Below are positions 52,721 through 63,029 of a stretch of DNA of 64,000 nucleotides, in pieces. The stretch comes from an uncultured Desulfobacterales bacterium (GTDB lineage: Bacteria > Desulfobacterota > Dissulfuribacteria > Dissulfuribacterales > QOAL01). The stretch is taken from positions 6,886 through 70,885 of the forward strand of contig CAZXAK010000041.1 in NCBI GenBank assembly GCA_964638145.1. Direction: 5' to 3'. A program made the translations under genes and the position numbers. Numbering within the stretch: the stretch's first letter is position 1; the number at the start of each line of letters is the position of its first letter. The notes under the pieces are model-generated. The model was given only the letters and a program-made list of their open reading frames with translations, had not been told where the DNA came from and did no database searches.

Positions 52721-52991
52721 GTTGACAAGATATGCCACGTGTTGATACACTCCCCTATGGTCTACTATGGAAACACTGCACGGAAAATCAGGCTGTACCA
52801 GGGCCTGTTTTCCCGGTGCCAGAGGGAACCGGTTACCGTTTTACTAATTAAAGCGGTTAATCATTTGATATTTAATAATATTTGGATTGCGGGAAAGTCA
52901 CCTGCACCCAGCATTATTCCAAACTGTTGCACTGTCATGGCGGGGCAACATGAAAGTTTAGTGAGCATTCAGCGCAAGGAGGATGTCGGTA

Positions 52992-55454
52992 ATGAGCGAC
53001 AAACCATTTATTCTGTGGTTTAAAGAAATTGGGATCCAGGATGTGCCATTGGTCGGCGGAAAGAATGCATCTCTTGGCGAGATGTATCAGCACCTCACCG
53101 AAAAGGGGGTCAAGGTGCCAAATGGCTTTGCCATTACTGCCGCAGCATACCAGCACCTTCTGAAGGAGGCAGGTATTGAGCAGGCAGTCAGGGATGCGCT
53201 TGACGGACTGGATACCCACAATATAGAAGACCTTCAGAGAAGGGGAAAGAAAGTCAGGGAAATCATCCTCAATGCCAAGTTTCCTGCAGATCTTGAAGAT
53301 GCCATCAAGGCCGCCTATGCAGAGATGGAAAAGGAGTATGGCCAGGACGTTGACGTGGCAGTCCGTTCATCTGCTACTGCAGAGGATCTCCCTGACGCCT
53401 CGTTTGCCGGCCAGCAGGATACCTATCTGAACATCACAGGGACTGATGCGCTGATTGATGCCTGTCACCGCTGTTTTGCAAGTCTGTTTACCAACCGTGC
53501 CATATCATATCGACATGACAAGGGCTTTGGCCATTTTGACGTATACCTATCAATAGCTGTCCAGAAGATGGTCAGGAGTGACAGTGCCAGTTCCGGCGTC
53601 ATGTTTACAATGGATACCGAGAGTGGATTTAATGACGTTGTTTACATTACCGGTGCATGGGGCCTGGGAGAAAATGTCGTGCAGGGCGCTGTGAACCCTG
53701 ATGAGTTTTATGTCTTCAAACCCACGCTGAAAAAGGGATTCAGGCCCATTGTCAGCAAGAAGCTCGGTCTCAAGCAGAAGAAGATGATCTATTCTGACAA
53801 TTCCAAGGATCCGGTAAAAAATATTGAGACAACTCCGGCAGAACGGGCTCGCTACGTATGTACGGACGATGAGCTTCTCACCCTTGCCAAGTGGGCATGC
53901 ATAATTGAGGAGCATTATGGCAAGGGCATGGATATTGAGTGGGCCAAGGATGGTGATGGTGAAAAGGTGGGGACCGGCGACCTGTTCATAGTCCAGGCAA
54001 GGCCCGAGACCGTACATTCACAGAAGGATGTCAACTTCATGGAGACCTATGTCCTGAAGGAGACAGGAGAGGTGCTTGCCACAGGCAAGGCCGTTGGTGG
54101 CAAGATCGGCCAGGGAACTGTGAATGTAATCAAGGATGCTACTGAAATCACCGAGTTTAACAAGGGGGAGGTGCTTGTAACCGACATGACTGACCCCGAC
54201 TGGGAGCCTATCATGAAGATAGCTTCTGCCATTGTAACCAACAGGGGTGGAAGGACCTGCCATGCCGCAATCGTTTCCCGTGAGCTTGGAATCCCCTGTA
54301 TAGTCGGTACTGAGGATGGCACAGAGCGTCTTGCAACAGGTATGGACGTTACTGTCTCATGTGCCGAGGGTGAAGAGGGCAGGGTCTACAAGGGCCTTCT
54401 CAAATACGAGGTTGAGAGGATCGATTTCTCCAATGTGCCCAAGACCAAGACCAAGATTATGATGAACGTGGGTATTCCGGAGCAGGCGTTTGTACAGGGC
54501 CAGATCCCAAATGAGGGTGTAGGGCTTGCCAGGCTGGAGTTCATTATCAACTCTTACATAGGTATCCATCCCCTTGCCCTTCTCAACTACCATGAACTCA
54601 GGAAGGTGGCTGATGAGATGGAGAAGTATGGCCTTGAGGCAGGGCCTGGCGCACCGGATATCAGGGAGATCCTTGCAGCAATAGACGAGAAGACAGCAGC
54701 CTATGACGACAAGGCCCAGTTCTTCGTGGATCAGCTTGCCCAGGGTATTGCCACCATTGCCGCGGGTTTCTATCCCAAGGATGTCATAGTGAGAATGTCC
54801 GATTTCAAGAGCAATGAGTATGCAAATCTAATAGGCGGGCAGCTCTATGAACCTGAGGAACACAATCCCATGATCGGATGGCGTGGTGCGTCACGTTATT
54901 ATGCGCCGGTTTTCGAGCCTGCATTTGAGCTTGAGTGCAGGGCCATGCTCAAGGTGCGTGATGAAATGGGTCTCTCCAATGTGAAGGCCATGATACCATT
55001 CTGCCGTACAGTTGATGAGGGCAAGAAAGTTATAGGCGTAATGGAGAAGTATGGTCTAAAACAGGGCGAAAATGACCTTGAGATCTACGTGATGTGCGAG
55101 ATACCATCAAATGTTATCCTTGCAGACCAGTTCGCCGAGGTATTTGATGGATTCTCCATTGGATCAAATGACCTTACTCAGCTTGCCTTAGGCCTTGACA
55201 GGGATTCCGAGCTTGTCTCCCATATCTACGATGAGCGTAATGAGGCGGTCAAGCGTCTGATACGTCAGGTCATCAACACGGCAAAGGAGAAGAAGAGAAA
55301 GATCGGTATATGTGGTCAGGCCCCCAGTGATTTCCCTGACTTTGCAGCTTTTCTCGTTGAGTGCGGTATTGACTCCATGAGTCTTACGCCTGATACAGCG
55401 GTGAAGACCAGATTGCTGGTGGCTGATAAGGAAAAGGAGCTGGGTATTTCATAA
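52992..55454 (+). CDS. ppsA: Phosphoenolpyruvate synthase (pyruvate, water dikinase)
   Basis: VGGKNASLGEM, AVRSSATAEDLPDASFAGQQ, GGRTCHAAI, GVGLAR, SIGSNDL, GICGQ; AAGGAGG SD favours ATG 52992. Confidence 0.97.
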   Translation: MSDKPFILWFKEIGIQDVPLVGGKNASLGEMYQHLTEKGVKVPNGFAITAAAYQHLLKEAGIEQAVRDALDGLDTHNIEDLQRRGKKVREIILNAKFPADLEDAIKAAYAEMEKEYGQDVDVAVRSSATAEDLPDASFAGQQDTYLNITGTDALIDACHRCFASLFTNRAISYRHDKGFGHFDVYLSIAVQKMVRSDSASSGVMFTMDTESGFNDVVYITGAWGLGENVVQGAVNPDEFYVFKPTLKKGFRPIVSKKLGLKQKKMIYSDNSKDPVKNIETTPAERARYVCTDDELLTLAKWACIIEEHYGKGMDIEWAKDGDGEKVGTGDLFIVQARPETVHSQKDVNFMETYVLKETGEVLATGKAVGGKIGQGTVNVIKDATEITEFNKGEVLVTDMTDPDWEPIMKIASAIVTNRGGRTCHAAIVSRELGIPCIVGTEDGTERLATGMDVTVSCAEGEEGRVYKGLLKYEVERIDFSNVPKTKTKIMMNVGIPEQAFVQGQIPNEGVGLARLEFIINSYIGIHPLALLNYHELRKVADEMEKYGLEAGPGAPDIREILAAIDEKTAAYDDKAQFFVDQLAQGIATIAAGFYPKDVIVRMSDFKSNEYANLIGGQLYEPEEHNPMIGWRGASRYYAPVFEPAFELECRAMLKVRDEMGLSNVKAMIPFCRTVDEGKKVIGVMEKYGLKQGENDLEIYVMCEIPSNVILADQFAEVFDGFSIGSNDLTQLALGLDRDSELVSHIYDERNEAVKRLIRQVINTAKEKKRKIGICGQAPSDFPDFAAFLVECGIDSMSLTPDTAVKTRLLVADKEKELGIS

Positions 55455-55824
55455 CCTTTTTATAGGTGTGGCTGCAGGATTCTGCACACAGCACAGCTAT
55501 GTGCAGGGCCTGTGGCCTGGGCATGAATCAGGAAGGTGTGCCGGTAAACATGGAAGAGCCTGCTGGATGTGTTGTATGAGGGGGCGAGACGGTGGTTTTT
55601 TTTGCCGGTATTTTTATCTGATGCAGTTATAAGGTGCCTGGAGTTCGGAACAGGTATTGCAGGTACTTTATTATAGCGAAAGAACGGGGAGGAACCCCTG
55701 GCCTTTCGTATTTGAAGGCATTGTCAGTACGAGCCGGGCAATACCTTCATTTCGGGGCGGGGAACTGTACTGTAAGTGCAGTCGGTAAAAACCACATAAC
55801 TTAAAGGGAGGTTAGAGAAGTATC

Positions 55825-56598
55825 ATGAAGAAAGCATTGGTTTTGTTTGTGGCACTGGTAGGCATGGCGACTCTGTCGCTGTCAAGCGTATGGGCATCAG
55901 GGCATGGTGCAGCTTCAGCATTCAACCCTGCAGAGGCACTGAAGAGGATTGTGGATGGCAACAATGCATTTGTGACCCATCACGCAAAAAAATATTTCAA
56001 GGATTATGCTAATGCCCAGCATCCCTTTGTCACCATGATCACCTGCTCGGATGCCAGGGTCCATCCCACAGTTTTCAATGCCGATCCTGTTGACCATGTA
56101 TTCGTTATCAGGAACGTGGGTAACCAGATCCAGAATTCTTGCGGATCAATTGATTATGGTATCTATCACCTGCACACACCTGTTCTGCTCATTATTGGAC
56201 ACACCCACTGTGGTGCAGTCAAGGCAGCAATGGGTAACTATGTAAACGAGAGCCCCTGCATCATTGCTGAACTCAATGGCCTGCATCTGCCCCTGAAGCA
56301 TGATGATGGCAAGGGCACCTTTGAGGAGAGGTGGCTGCTCAATGTTGAGCGTAATGTTGATTATCAGGTCAACTTCTGCATCAAGAAGTATGCTGATCTG
56401 GTAAAGTCTGGCAAGCTTGCAGTGGTTGGTGCTGTTTATGACTTCCTGAACGCCTATGGTCAGGGTGAGGGCAGGCTTATCATAACCAATATCAATGGTA
56501 TAACTGATCCTGCAATGATCAAGAAGGATCCCCATATGTCACTGGTGGACAGCAAACTGAAAAATGCTATCGTAACCAGGAAGACCAAGGGAATATAA
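55825..56598 (+). CDS. Beta-class carbonic anhydrase with N-terminal signal peptide
   Basis: MKKALVLFVALVGMATLSLSSVWA signal-like; CSDAR, RNVGNQ, HTHCGAV zinc ligands; AGGGAGG SD. Confidence 0.92.
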   Translation: MKKALVLFVALVGMATLSLSSVWASGHGAASAFNPAEALKRIVDGNNAFVTHHAKKYFKDYANAQHPFVTMITCSDARVHPTVFNADPVDHVFVIRNVGNQIQNSCGSIDYGIYHLHTPVLLIIGHTHCGAVKAAMGNYVNESPCIIAELNGLHLPLKHDDGKGTFEERWLLNVERNVDYQVNFCIKKYADLVKSGKLAVVGAVYDFLNAYGQGEGRLIITNINGITDPAMIKKDPHMSLVDSKLKNAIVTRKTKGI

Positions 56599-56627
56599 TT
56601 TCCATTTTTGCATTTTTTGACGCCTCA

Positions 56628-56658
56628 GGGGCATGCTGCAAAACAGGCGGCATGCCCC
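56628..56658 (+). terminator. Probable terminator hairpin after carbonic anhydrase
   Basis: GGGGCATGCTGC-AAAACAG-GCGGCATGCCCC 12-bp stem; weak T tract. Confidence 0.7.
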
Positions 56659-56797
56659 TTCATAATTTCAGACTGTTGAATTTGGTACCTGCCATTTAAC
56701 TTTTCCTTTTAATTTTTTTCTTACATCCGGTATAGTTTACCGAATGCCTGACAGTAATTCGCAACAGAAGAGACATTCTAAACGGACTGACAGGGGG

Positions 56798-57673
56798 ATG
56801 AGTCTGTTTTCACGCAGAATCATCCTGGAAAAGGCGCTTGACATGCAGGTGCCTGCCTTACCCAGGACCGTGCGGTTGATTCATGCCCTGACGGCGGAAC
56901 GGACAGCGGATGCTCGCATAATAGCCAATGCAATCATGACTGATTGCGGACTTACCCTGAAGTTTTTTCGTGTAATGAACTCTGCCTTTTTTTCTCCTTA
57001 CAGGCAGGATATACTGTCAATCCGCCTGATGGTGGTGCTCCTCGGTTTTGATAATACTTCACGAATCATCTCCTCTGTACCCCTGTTGAACCCGGCGGAA
57101 AACCGCATGGTGGCTACAATAATGGCTATGAGCCTCCTTGCGTCCGAGTTTGCCGGTGCGCTGTCTATGGTCACCATGCTCGAGCGGGAGACTGCGGTCC
57201 CATGTGCCATGTTTGCCTCTCTTGGTCATCTTGCCCTGGCTACTGTGGTGCCTGAAGCCTATATCAAGGTCTGGACTGAAGAGAAATTTCCCTGGAGCAG
57301 GGAGTCCTTCAAAAGGACGACTGGTTGGCTGCCGAAGGATCTGGCCCAGCGGATTGCTAAAGCCTGGAATTTGCCAATGCGCATAAGAGAGTGCTTTAAT
57401 CCTCCAGAGAATTTGGATAGGCTGAAGGAAGAAAAACAGGCACTTATGGTGACAGTATCCAGCTTGGAGCAGATGATTTTTTGCGCTGCCCTTATGAAGA
57501 GAAGTGATGCTGTACAGTTACGGTTGCGAGAGAGGATGAGGAGTATCCTCAGGTTGAACAACAGGAAATTTTCATATGCGTTCAGGGAAGGGGTGCGGAG
57601 CTTTGAAAAAAACAATCCATTTTTTTATTCCTTGCTCAAGAAGGAGGGGATTCTGCCACGGCTGATAGTATGA
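56798..57673 (+). CDS. Degenerate HDOD domain protein
   Basis: PALPRTV, IMTDCGLTLKFFRVMNSAFF, IAKAWNLP; HD dyad replaced (MFASLG); start moved to ATG 56798. Confidence 0.75.
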   Translation: MSLFSRRIILEKALDMQVPALPRTVRLIHALTAERTADARIIANAIMTDCGLTLKFFRVMNSAFFSPYRQDILSIRLMVVLLGFDNTSRIISSVPLLNPAENRMVATIMAMSLLASEFAGALSMVTMLERETAVPCAMFASLGHLALATVVPEAYIKVWTEEKFPWSRESFKRTTGWLPKDLAQRIAKAWNLPMRIRECFNPPENLDRLKEEKQALMVTVSSLEQMIFCAALMKRSDAVQLRLRERMRSILRLNNRKFSYAFREGVRSFEKNNPFFYSLLKKEGILPRLIV

Positions 57674-57827
57674 CTGGTTCATCTATTGTCTCTGTTTCCT
57701 GTTTTATCGTGAGGATTACCACTATTGGGCCTGCGCTTTTTCAGTGTGCGCCCTTCATATCCATAAATTGAAACCGTATCCTGCCGGGTATAGCCTAAGG
57801 ATCTGTTACTTTTTTTAGTATCCGTGT

Positions 57828-58616
57828 ATGAACAAAAGAAACAGAAAACGCCTGGAAAAGCTCATCTTTGCGATTCTTGCCAGAAATCCCTATGAATATG
57901 GTATAGTTCCAGATGAAAATGGCTGGATACGGTTGAAAGATCTGCACTACGCTTTGATGCAGGGGGAGGTTTTCCGATCCATTTCCGTCAAGGGGCTGGA
58001 ACAGTATTTTGATCTGTATCGTCCGGACAGGATGGAACTCAGCGGCAGATACGTCAGGGTGTTGCCGGAATTTCAGGCCCCTGGACTTTTGGCGTTTCCC
58101 CAGGTCTCACCACCAGCACGCCTATATGTACCTGTCCGGCCAAGGGCCCACGCCCACGTGCTTAGGCGGGGAATGAGGCCCAATACAGGTGCAAAGTGGA
58201 TCGTGTTGTGGCCGGATATGGAAAAGGCGCTTGTTGCCGGAAGGCGCAGGGACCGTGATCCCTTAGTAGGAATCATAAACACAGATGTGGCCCAGTCCTG
58301 TGGAGGGCTTTTCTTCATGGCAGGGGGTGAGATATTTTTGTCCCAGTGGCTTGAACCGTCATGGCTTGAATTGCCACCTCTTCCGGAGTCAGAGGAGAGA
58401 CAGGCTGTTCAACAGGGCAGGCAGAGATACAGTACCAGAAAAGATGCTGTATCTCAGGACCATGCAAATACGCCAGGTTCGTTTATTCCAACATTCCCAT
58501 CCCAATGGCCGGGGTTGTATGGTGATGGAGATGTAAAAGCCAGGAGGGGGCGCGGTAAAAAAGGGGACAGGAAGAGGAAGAAGGGGGCGTATAGGAGGGA
58601 CAGGCATATCAAATGA
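57828..58616 (+). CDS. KptA/Tpt1 (RNA 2'-phosphotransferase)-like protein with catalytic motifs altered
   Basis: ILARNPYEYGIVPDENGWIRLKDL, PPARLYVP, VLRRGMRP, ALVAGRRR, IFLSQWLEPSWL track the KptA layout; basic C-terminal tail. Confidence 0.7.
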   Translation: MNKRNRKRLEKLIFAILARNPYEYGIVPDENGWIRLKDLHYALMQGEVFRSISVKGLEQYFDLYRPDRMELSGRYVRVLPEFQAPGLLAFPQVSPPARLYVPVRPRAHAHVLRRGMRPNTGAKWIVLWPDMEKALVAGRRRDRDPLVGIINTDVAQSCGGLFFMAGGEIFLSQWLEPSWLELPPLPESEERQAVQQGRQRYSTRKDAVSQDHANTPGSFIPTFPSQWPGLYGDGDVKARRGRGKKGDRKRKKGAYRRDRHIK

Positions 58617-58771
58617 TGTGTCATGATGTCTGGCCTATTGTGTATCCAGGTTCGTTTCCAGTGCAAAATCGGCATTGGGTACCTTTGCTATGCAGCATGC
58701 TGCAGGATACCCATACGCCATGCCGTATTTTTGTCATGTTTTTATTGGCTGTCCAACCCTGAAAGATTGAT

Positions 58772-60256
58772 ATGAGAATACCTTCCTGTTTTGGCCGTTG
58801 GCTTAGAGACATAGCTGAACGTATGCGCATGTTTCATACACCTTTCTGTCGTGTGCTGTCGCTGTTTACAGTATCTATCCTGTTTCTGTCATCTGTACCC
58901 AATGTTCATGCCATTATGTCTGTGGGAGAGGAGCGCAAGATGCGCCAGAAGCTCCTTGCCGAGATAGAATCTCAGGTACCCCTGGTGACAGATCCCGAAG
59001 TGGTGGAGTACGTATCTGACATTGGCCACAACATCCTTGCTGTAATAAATGGTAAATATTTTGATTATCGTTTTTTCGTGATCAAGGATGATGCACTAAA
59101 CGCCTTTGCTACCCCTGGCGGTCTGATATTTGTTCATACCGGTCTGATAGAGGCCATAGATAGTGACAATGAGCTGGCGTGTATCCTGGCTCATGAGTGT
59201 GGCCACGTGCAGGCAAGACATATTGCCAAGCGCATGGACCAGATGAAAGTGGTTAATATCGGTACAGCGGTTATGGCCATCGCCAGTCTGTTTCTTGGGG
59301 GAGGGCAGGGATCTCAGGCACTGCTTACGTCATCCATGGCCCTTGGACAGACCCTTTCGCTTAAATATAGCCGTCAGGATGAGGAGGAGGCGGACAGAAG
59401 GGCTTACCAGTGGATATGCCGCGCAGGTTACGACCCTATGGGACTCGTAACCACCTTGCAGAAGATGACTCGCAACCGTTTTTTGGGCAGTGATACCATT
59501 CCCAGTTATCTTTCCACACATCCAGGTGCCAGCCAGAGAATTACCTATATAGAAGATCTTGCAAAACAGCACCCCTGTCCTGAAAAGAAACAGGAAGACC
59601 ATTTACGGCTACGGCGTATTCAGATCAGGGTAAAGTTGATGACCCAGGATCCAGACAGGCTGGTGGCCTATTATCAAAGGGAACTCAAGGACAAACCTGA
59701 TGACCTGTTGATGCATTACGGTCTTGCCATGGCCCTTATGGCAACACGGGAGTATAGAGAGGCTTTCCGGGAATTTGATACTGTTATGCGGCTTGCTCCT
59801 GACAAAGAGGAGTTCAAGATAGACCTTGGCCGTGCCCTTCTTGCTGCTGGCAGGTACCGGCAGGCCCTTCCCGTGCTCAGGGATTACTGTGAACATTACC
59901 CCACAGACTACGCAGGACGTTACTTTTTGGGCAGGGCCTTTCTTGATAATGGTATGGTGGAGGAGGCTCTTTCAATATTCCGGGGCGTTGAGTCTGAGTG
60001 GCCCGATTATATGAACCTGTATCTCGAGATGGGCAGGGCTTACTCCAGAGAGAACAACAAGGGTATGGCCCACTACTATCTGTTTCAGTATTACAGGAGG
60101 ATCGGTGACAGGCAGAGTGCCATGTATCACAGGGCCATGGCCCTTAAGAGCCTTCCTCCTGACAGTGAGTATTACAAGAAACTGAAAAGGGCAGGAAATG
60201 GGCCAGCCAAGGGAGAGGTTGAGCAGGGTATTGGCAGGACTGGTGATTCAGAGTGA
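58772..60256 (+). CDS. M48 family metalloprotease with TPR repeats (BepA/YfgC-like)
   Basis: LNAFATPGG, LAHECGH (HEXXH), YSRQDEEEAD, YLSTHP, TPR C-terminus; start uncertain. Confidence 0.92.
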   Translation: MRIPSCFGRWLRDIAERMRMFHTPFCRVLSLFTVSILFLSSVPNVHAIMSVGEERKMRQKLLAEIESQVPLVTDPEVVEYVSDIGHNILAVINGKYFDYRFFVIKDDALNAFATPGGLIFVHTGLIEAIDSDNELACILAHECGHVQARHIAKRMDQMKVVNIGTAVMAIASLFLGGGQGSQALLTSSMALGQTLSLKYSRQDEEEADRRAYQWICRAGYDPMGLVTTLQKMTRNRFLGSDTIPSYLSTHPGASQRITYIEDLAKQHPCPEKKQEDHLRLRRIQIRVKLMTQDPDRLVAYYQRELKDKPDDLLMHYGLAMALMATREYREAFREFDTVMRLAPDKEEFKIDLGRALLAAGRYRQALPVLRDYCEHYPTDYAGRYFLGRAFLDNGMVEEALSIFRGVESEWPDYMNLYLEMGRAYSRENNKGMAHYYLFQYYRRIGDRQSAMYHRAMALKSLPPDSEYYKKLKRAGNGPAKGEVEQGIGRTGDSE

Positions 60257-60312
60257 TGTTACAGGCTGCGTATATATAAAGGTAAGCGGTCCTTGAGTCG
60301 TGGGAGAAGATA

Positions 60313-60816
60313 ATGGTGTCAGGATTGGAAAAACGTAAACGGCTGAAGTCAGGTATTATGTTCATGGTGGTGGCCCTGATCATACTGTGTCTTGATCAGG
60401 TCTCCAAGAATTGGGTCCTGCATAACCTGCACCAGTATCAGCGATACCCTGTGATTCCTTCCTTTTTTAATCTCACACTTCTCACCAATACAGGGGCAGC
60501 CTTTGGCCTCATGGCTGGCCAGGAGAGGTGGCGCCACCTGTTTTTTCAGGTGGTAAGTGTCATGGCCCTGTGCGGCCTTTTTTATCTCTATATTACAGCG
60601 AGGGACAAGACCAGGTGGCTGTTCTGGGGCTGCTCATTTGTGTTTGGAGGGGCCTGCGGGAATCTTATAGACAGGATGAGGTTTGGGCATGTCATAGATT
60701 TTCTGGATTTTTATCTGGGGACATATCATTGGCCTGCCTTCAATGTTGCTGACTCTGCAATAACCATAGGTGGCTGTTTCTTGGCCCTGCATTTCCTCAA
60801 TTTGGGAGGTAAATAA
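60313..60816 (+). CDS. lspA: Lipoprotein signal peptidase
   Basis: LDQVSK, NTGAAFG, GNLIDR, VIDFLD, WPAFNVADSAI. Confidence 0.97.
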   Translation: MVSGLEKRKRLKSGIMFMVVALIILCLDQVSKNWVLHNLHQYQRYPVIPSFFNLTLLTNTGAAFGLMAGQERWRHLFFQVVSVMALCGLFYLYITARDKTRWLFWGCSFVFGGACGNLIDRMRFGHVIDFLDFYLGTYHWPAFNVADSAITIGGCFLALHFLNLGGK

Positions 60817-60817
60817 G

Positions 60818-60855
60818 AGAGGGCCGCTGAGGTCTGTACCCCAGCGGCCCTTTCC
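60818..60855. terminator. Terminator hairpin between convergent lspA and MCP genes
   Basis: AGAGGGCCGCTG (60818-60829) pairs with CAGCGGCCCTTT (60842-60853). Confidence 0.75.
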
Positions 60856-60900
60856 GTAACCTTTTCCTCATGCTGATCCGGGGTGATCAGCTCTGGCTCA

Positions 60901-62823
60901 TCAAACCGCCTTGGTCCAACGTTCCATGAGTTCTTCCACCTTCTGGAATATTGGTTCAAGCTGACTGCGCCGTACCTGTTCGATCTTTACCGGGTCAGCC
61001 CCCTGTGTGATAAGATCCTGCAGTATATGTACGGTTTCATGCAGCTCAGCATGAATGGGTTTCAGGTTGTCAATTATATCCCCCTCTATGCTGGTGAGCG
61101 GGCGGTAATCAGATAGGAACCTGCCCAGCGCGCACTTGGTGGCGTCAGTTTCGGCAGTGATTGGCTCATTACTCAGTACAGCGGCCATGACGTCGTTTCT
61201 CCACTGGAAGTGTTGAAACATCAGCGTCTTGATCTTGGATCGTACAGGGGTGTAGTTTACGGCTTCTAAGATGACATTGGGATCAACAGAAACCTGCCTC
61301 ATCAGGGTGTCAGCCTCGTTAGTTATGGATTTTACCGCATTGCTCGCCATCTCCAGGACACCGCTAAGCCTGGCGAAGCGCTCTGCCTCGTGTAACAGGT
61401 GTTCCGCCTTTTCCTGGACCAGATTTGCACCCTTGGCACCTTCGTCCACACTGTAACTTATCTCAGATACCGTGGCGGTCTGTTCTTCAGTGGCACTTGC
61501 AATGGCATTGGCCAGGTCGTTGACCTCTCCTATGACACCTGTTATGGCCTCAACGGAGTGAATGGCCTCGCGGCTGTCTGCCTGTATGGTCTGTATCATG
61601 TCTGTGATTTCATTGGTGGCCTCTGCTGTCTGTTTTGCAAGTTCCTTGACCTCGTTGGCCACAACGGCAAAGCCCTTGCCCGCCTCTCCGGCCCTTGCTG
61701 CCTCTATTGTAGCGTTGAGAGCAAGCAGGTTGGTCTGTTCTGCTATGGAGTTGATGACTTGGATGATGTTGCCAATGGCGTCCGAACTGTCACCGAGACG
61801 GGCAATCACTTCAGCAGTTGCCTGTGCCTGCTCCTGTGCCTCATTGGTCTTCTGTGCCGTGGTAGCAACGCTCTGGGCAATTTCAGTGGTTGCTGCTGTC
61901 ATCTCTTGGGATGCTGCCGCTACAGATGCGAGGCTTCCTGCAGCAGTACTTGCGGATGACGACACGTCCTTTGCCATCTCTTCGAGTTCCGCTGCCCTGT
62001 TCCTTATGTCGTGGCTGGCGTTTGATACCTGTTCAGAGGCTGCTTCGAGTGAGCGGTTCTGTGACATGATGGTTAGGAACTGTCCACCTATGCCTGTAAC
62101 CAAGCTGTTGAACGAGATCAGTAGCTGTCTGATCATGCGCAGCCCTGAAGGAGGAATTGCCTGGTCCAGTTTGCCGTTTCCGCAGTCGTTAATTGCCTTT
62201 ACTGCCCTTGAGAGTGGAGATACTATAAGCTTCGATATTATCAGTTTGGATGCGATAAGCAATGCAATGGAGATTGCGAGCATTATCCCCATAACTGTCT
62301 CAAGGTAGACGATCTTGCCCTTGGAATAGTTTTCAAACGCCTTGGTCAGGGCGTTGGCCTGTTTTAGCAGTGGTATGTTGTGTTCGCTTATGTAGTCCAG
62401 CGCCTCTTTTGCCTGTTTCGAGTTGGGAGGGGCAGCGAGGATCATGAGGATGTTATCCCTGAAGGGGTTCCATATGGCCTTTAGAGATTTCAGTTCCGCC
62501 AGTACTTCAGGAGATTTTATCTTGTTGAGGTGCATCTCCTTGTCGCCGAATTCCAGGGCGGACAGGCTCTTCTCGAACAGGTTTGCGGTTTTTTTCAGCT
62601 CTTCTGCCCACTTCTTCTTTCCCGTTTGAACATAGAACGATGCCTCTTTGGTCATCTTCTGGCTGAGCATACGTTGGCGCCCTGCGATGTTTATGGCTGT
62701 GCCGTCTTCTGCCTGCCCAGACAGAGTTGTTAATGTGGCAATAATGGTTATAAGATTCGCCAGGAAAATACCCCCAATAACCATAGTAAAGACAAAGCTG
62801 ATATTGTTGAATTTTTCCTTCAC
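60901..62823 (-). CDS. Methyl-accepting chemotaxis protein with PilJ/NarX-type periplasmic domain and C-terminal CZB domain
   Basis: [17 protein letters not shown]; [37 protein letters not shown]; HFQW...CALGRF...HAELH; GTG 62823 with AGGGAGG SD. Confidence 0.93.
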   Translation of the reverse strand: MKEKFNNISFVFTMVIGGIFLANLITIIATLTTLSGQAEDGTAINIAGRQRMLSQKMTKEASFYVQTGKKKWAEELKKTANLFEKSLSALEFGDKEMHLNKIKSPEVLAELKSLKAIWNPFRDNILMILAAPPNSKQAKEALDYISEHNIPLLKQANALTKAFENYSKGKIVYLETVMGIMLAISIALLIASKLIISKLIVSPLSRAVKAINDCGNGKLDQAIPPSGLRMIRQLLISFNSLVTGIGGQFLTIMSQNRSLEAASEQVSNASHDIRNRAAELEEMAKDVSSSASTAAGSLASVAAASQEMTAATTEIAQSVATTAQKTNEAQEQAQATAEVIARLGDSSDAIGNIIQVINSIAEQTNLLALNATIEAARAGEAGKGFAVVANEVKELAKQTAEATNEITDMIQTIQADSREAIHSVEAITGVIGEVNDLANAIASATEEQTATVSEISYSVDEGAKGANLVQEKAEHLLHEAERFARLSGVLEMASNAVKSITNEADTLMRQVSVDPNVILEAVNYTPVRSKIKTLMFQHFQWRNDVMAAVLSNEPITAETDATKCALGRFLSDYRPLTSIEGDIIDNLKPIHAELHETVHILQDLITQGADPVKIEQVRRSQLEPIFQKVEELMERWTKAV

Positions 62824-63029
62824 AGATTTTTCCTCCCTGTTACGTGAAGATGGGTGTACCATTAGCAAGTTCTATGCAGACCCGTCGTTCCAGGAGATTT
62901 ACATAACCTGGCGGGATTGTTTTGAGACTATGACAATGAGCTTGCCATGCTGTATAAACTGTATCGAAATATTGTTCGTTTTTCTTAAAGGAAAATTGTG
63001 AGCGTTTTTTTGCGTCCGAGGAGTCTGGC

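Noticed and set aside
52865-52878. FNR-like box TTGAT-N4-AATAA upstream of ppsA
   Set aside because: Two mismatches in an AT-rich tract; chance match likely.
55681-55750. Assignment of the CA leader to a known riboswitch (yybP-ykoY, c-di-GMP-I, c-di-AMP, ZTP, cobalamin, NiCo)
   Set aside because: Only short fragments match recalled consensus sequences and the required helices do not pair; kept as an unassigned candidate.
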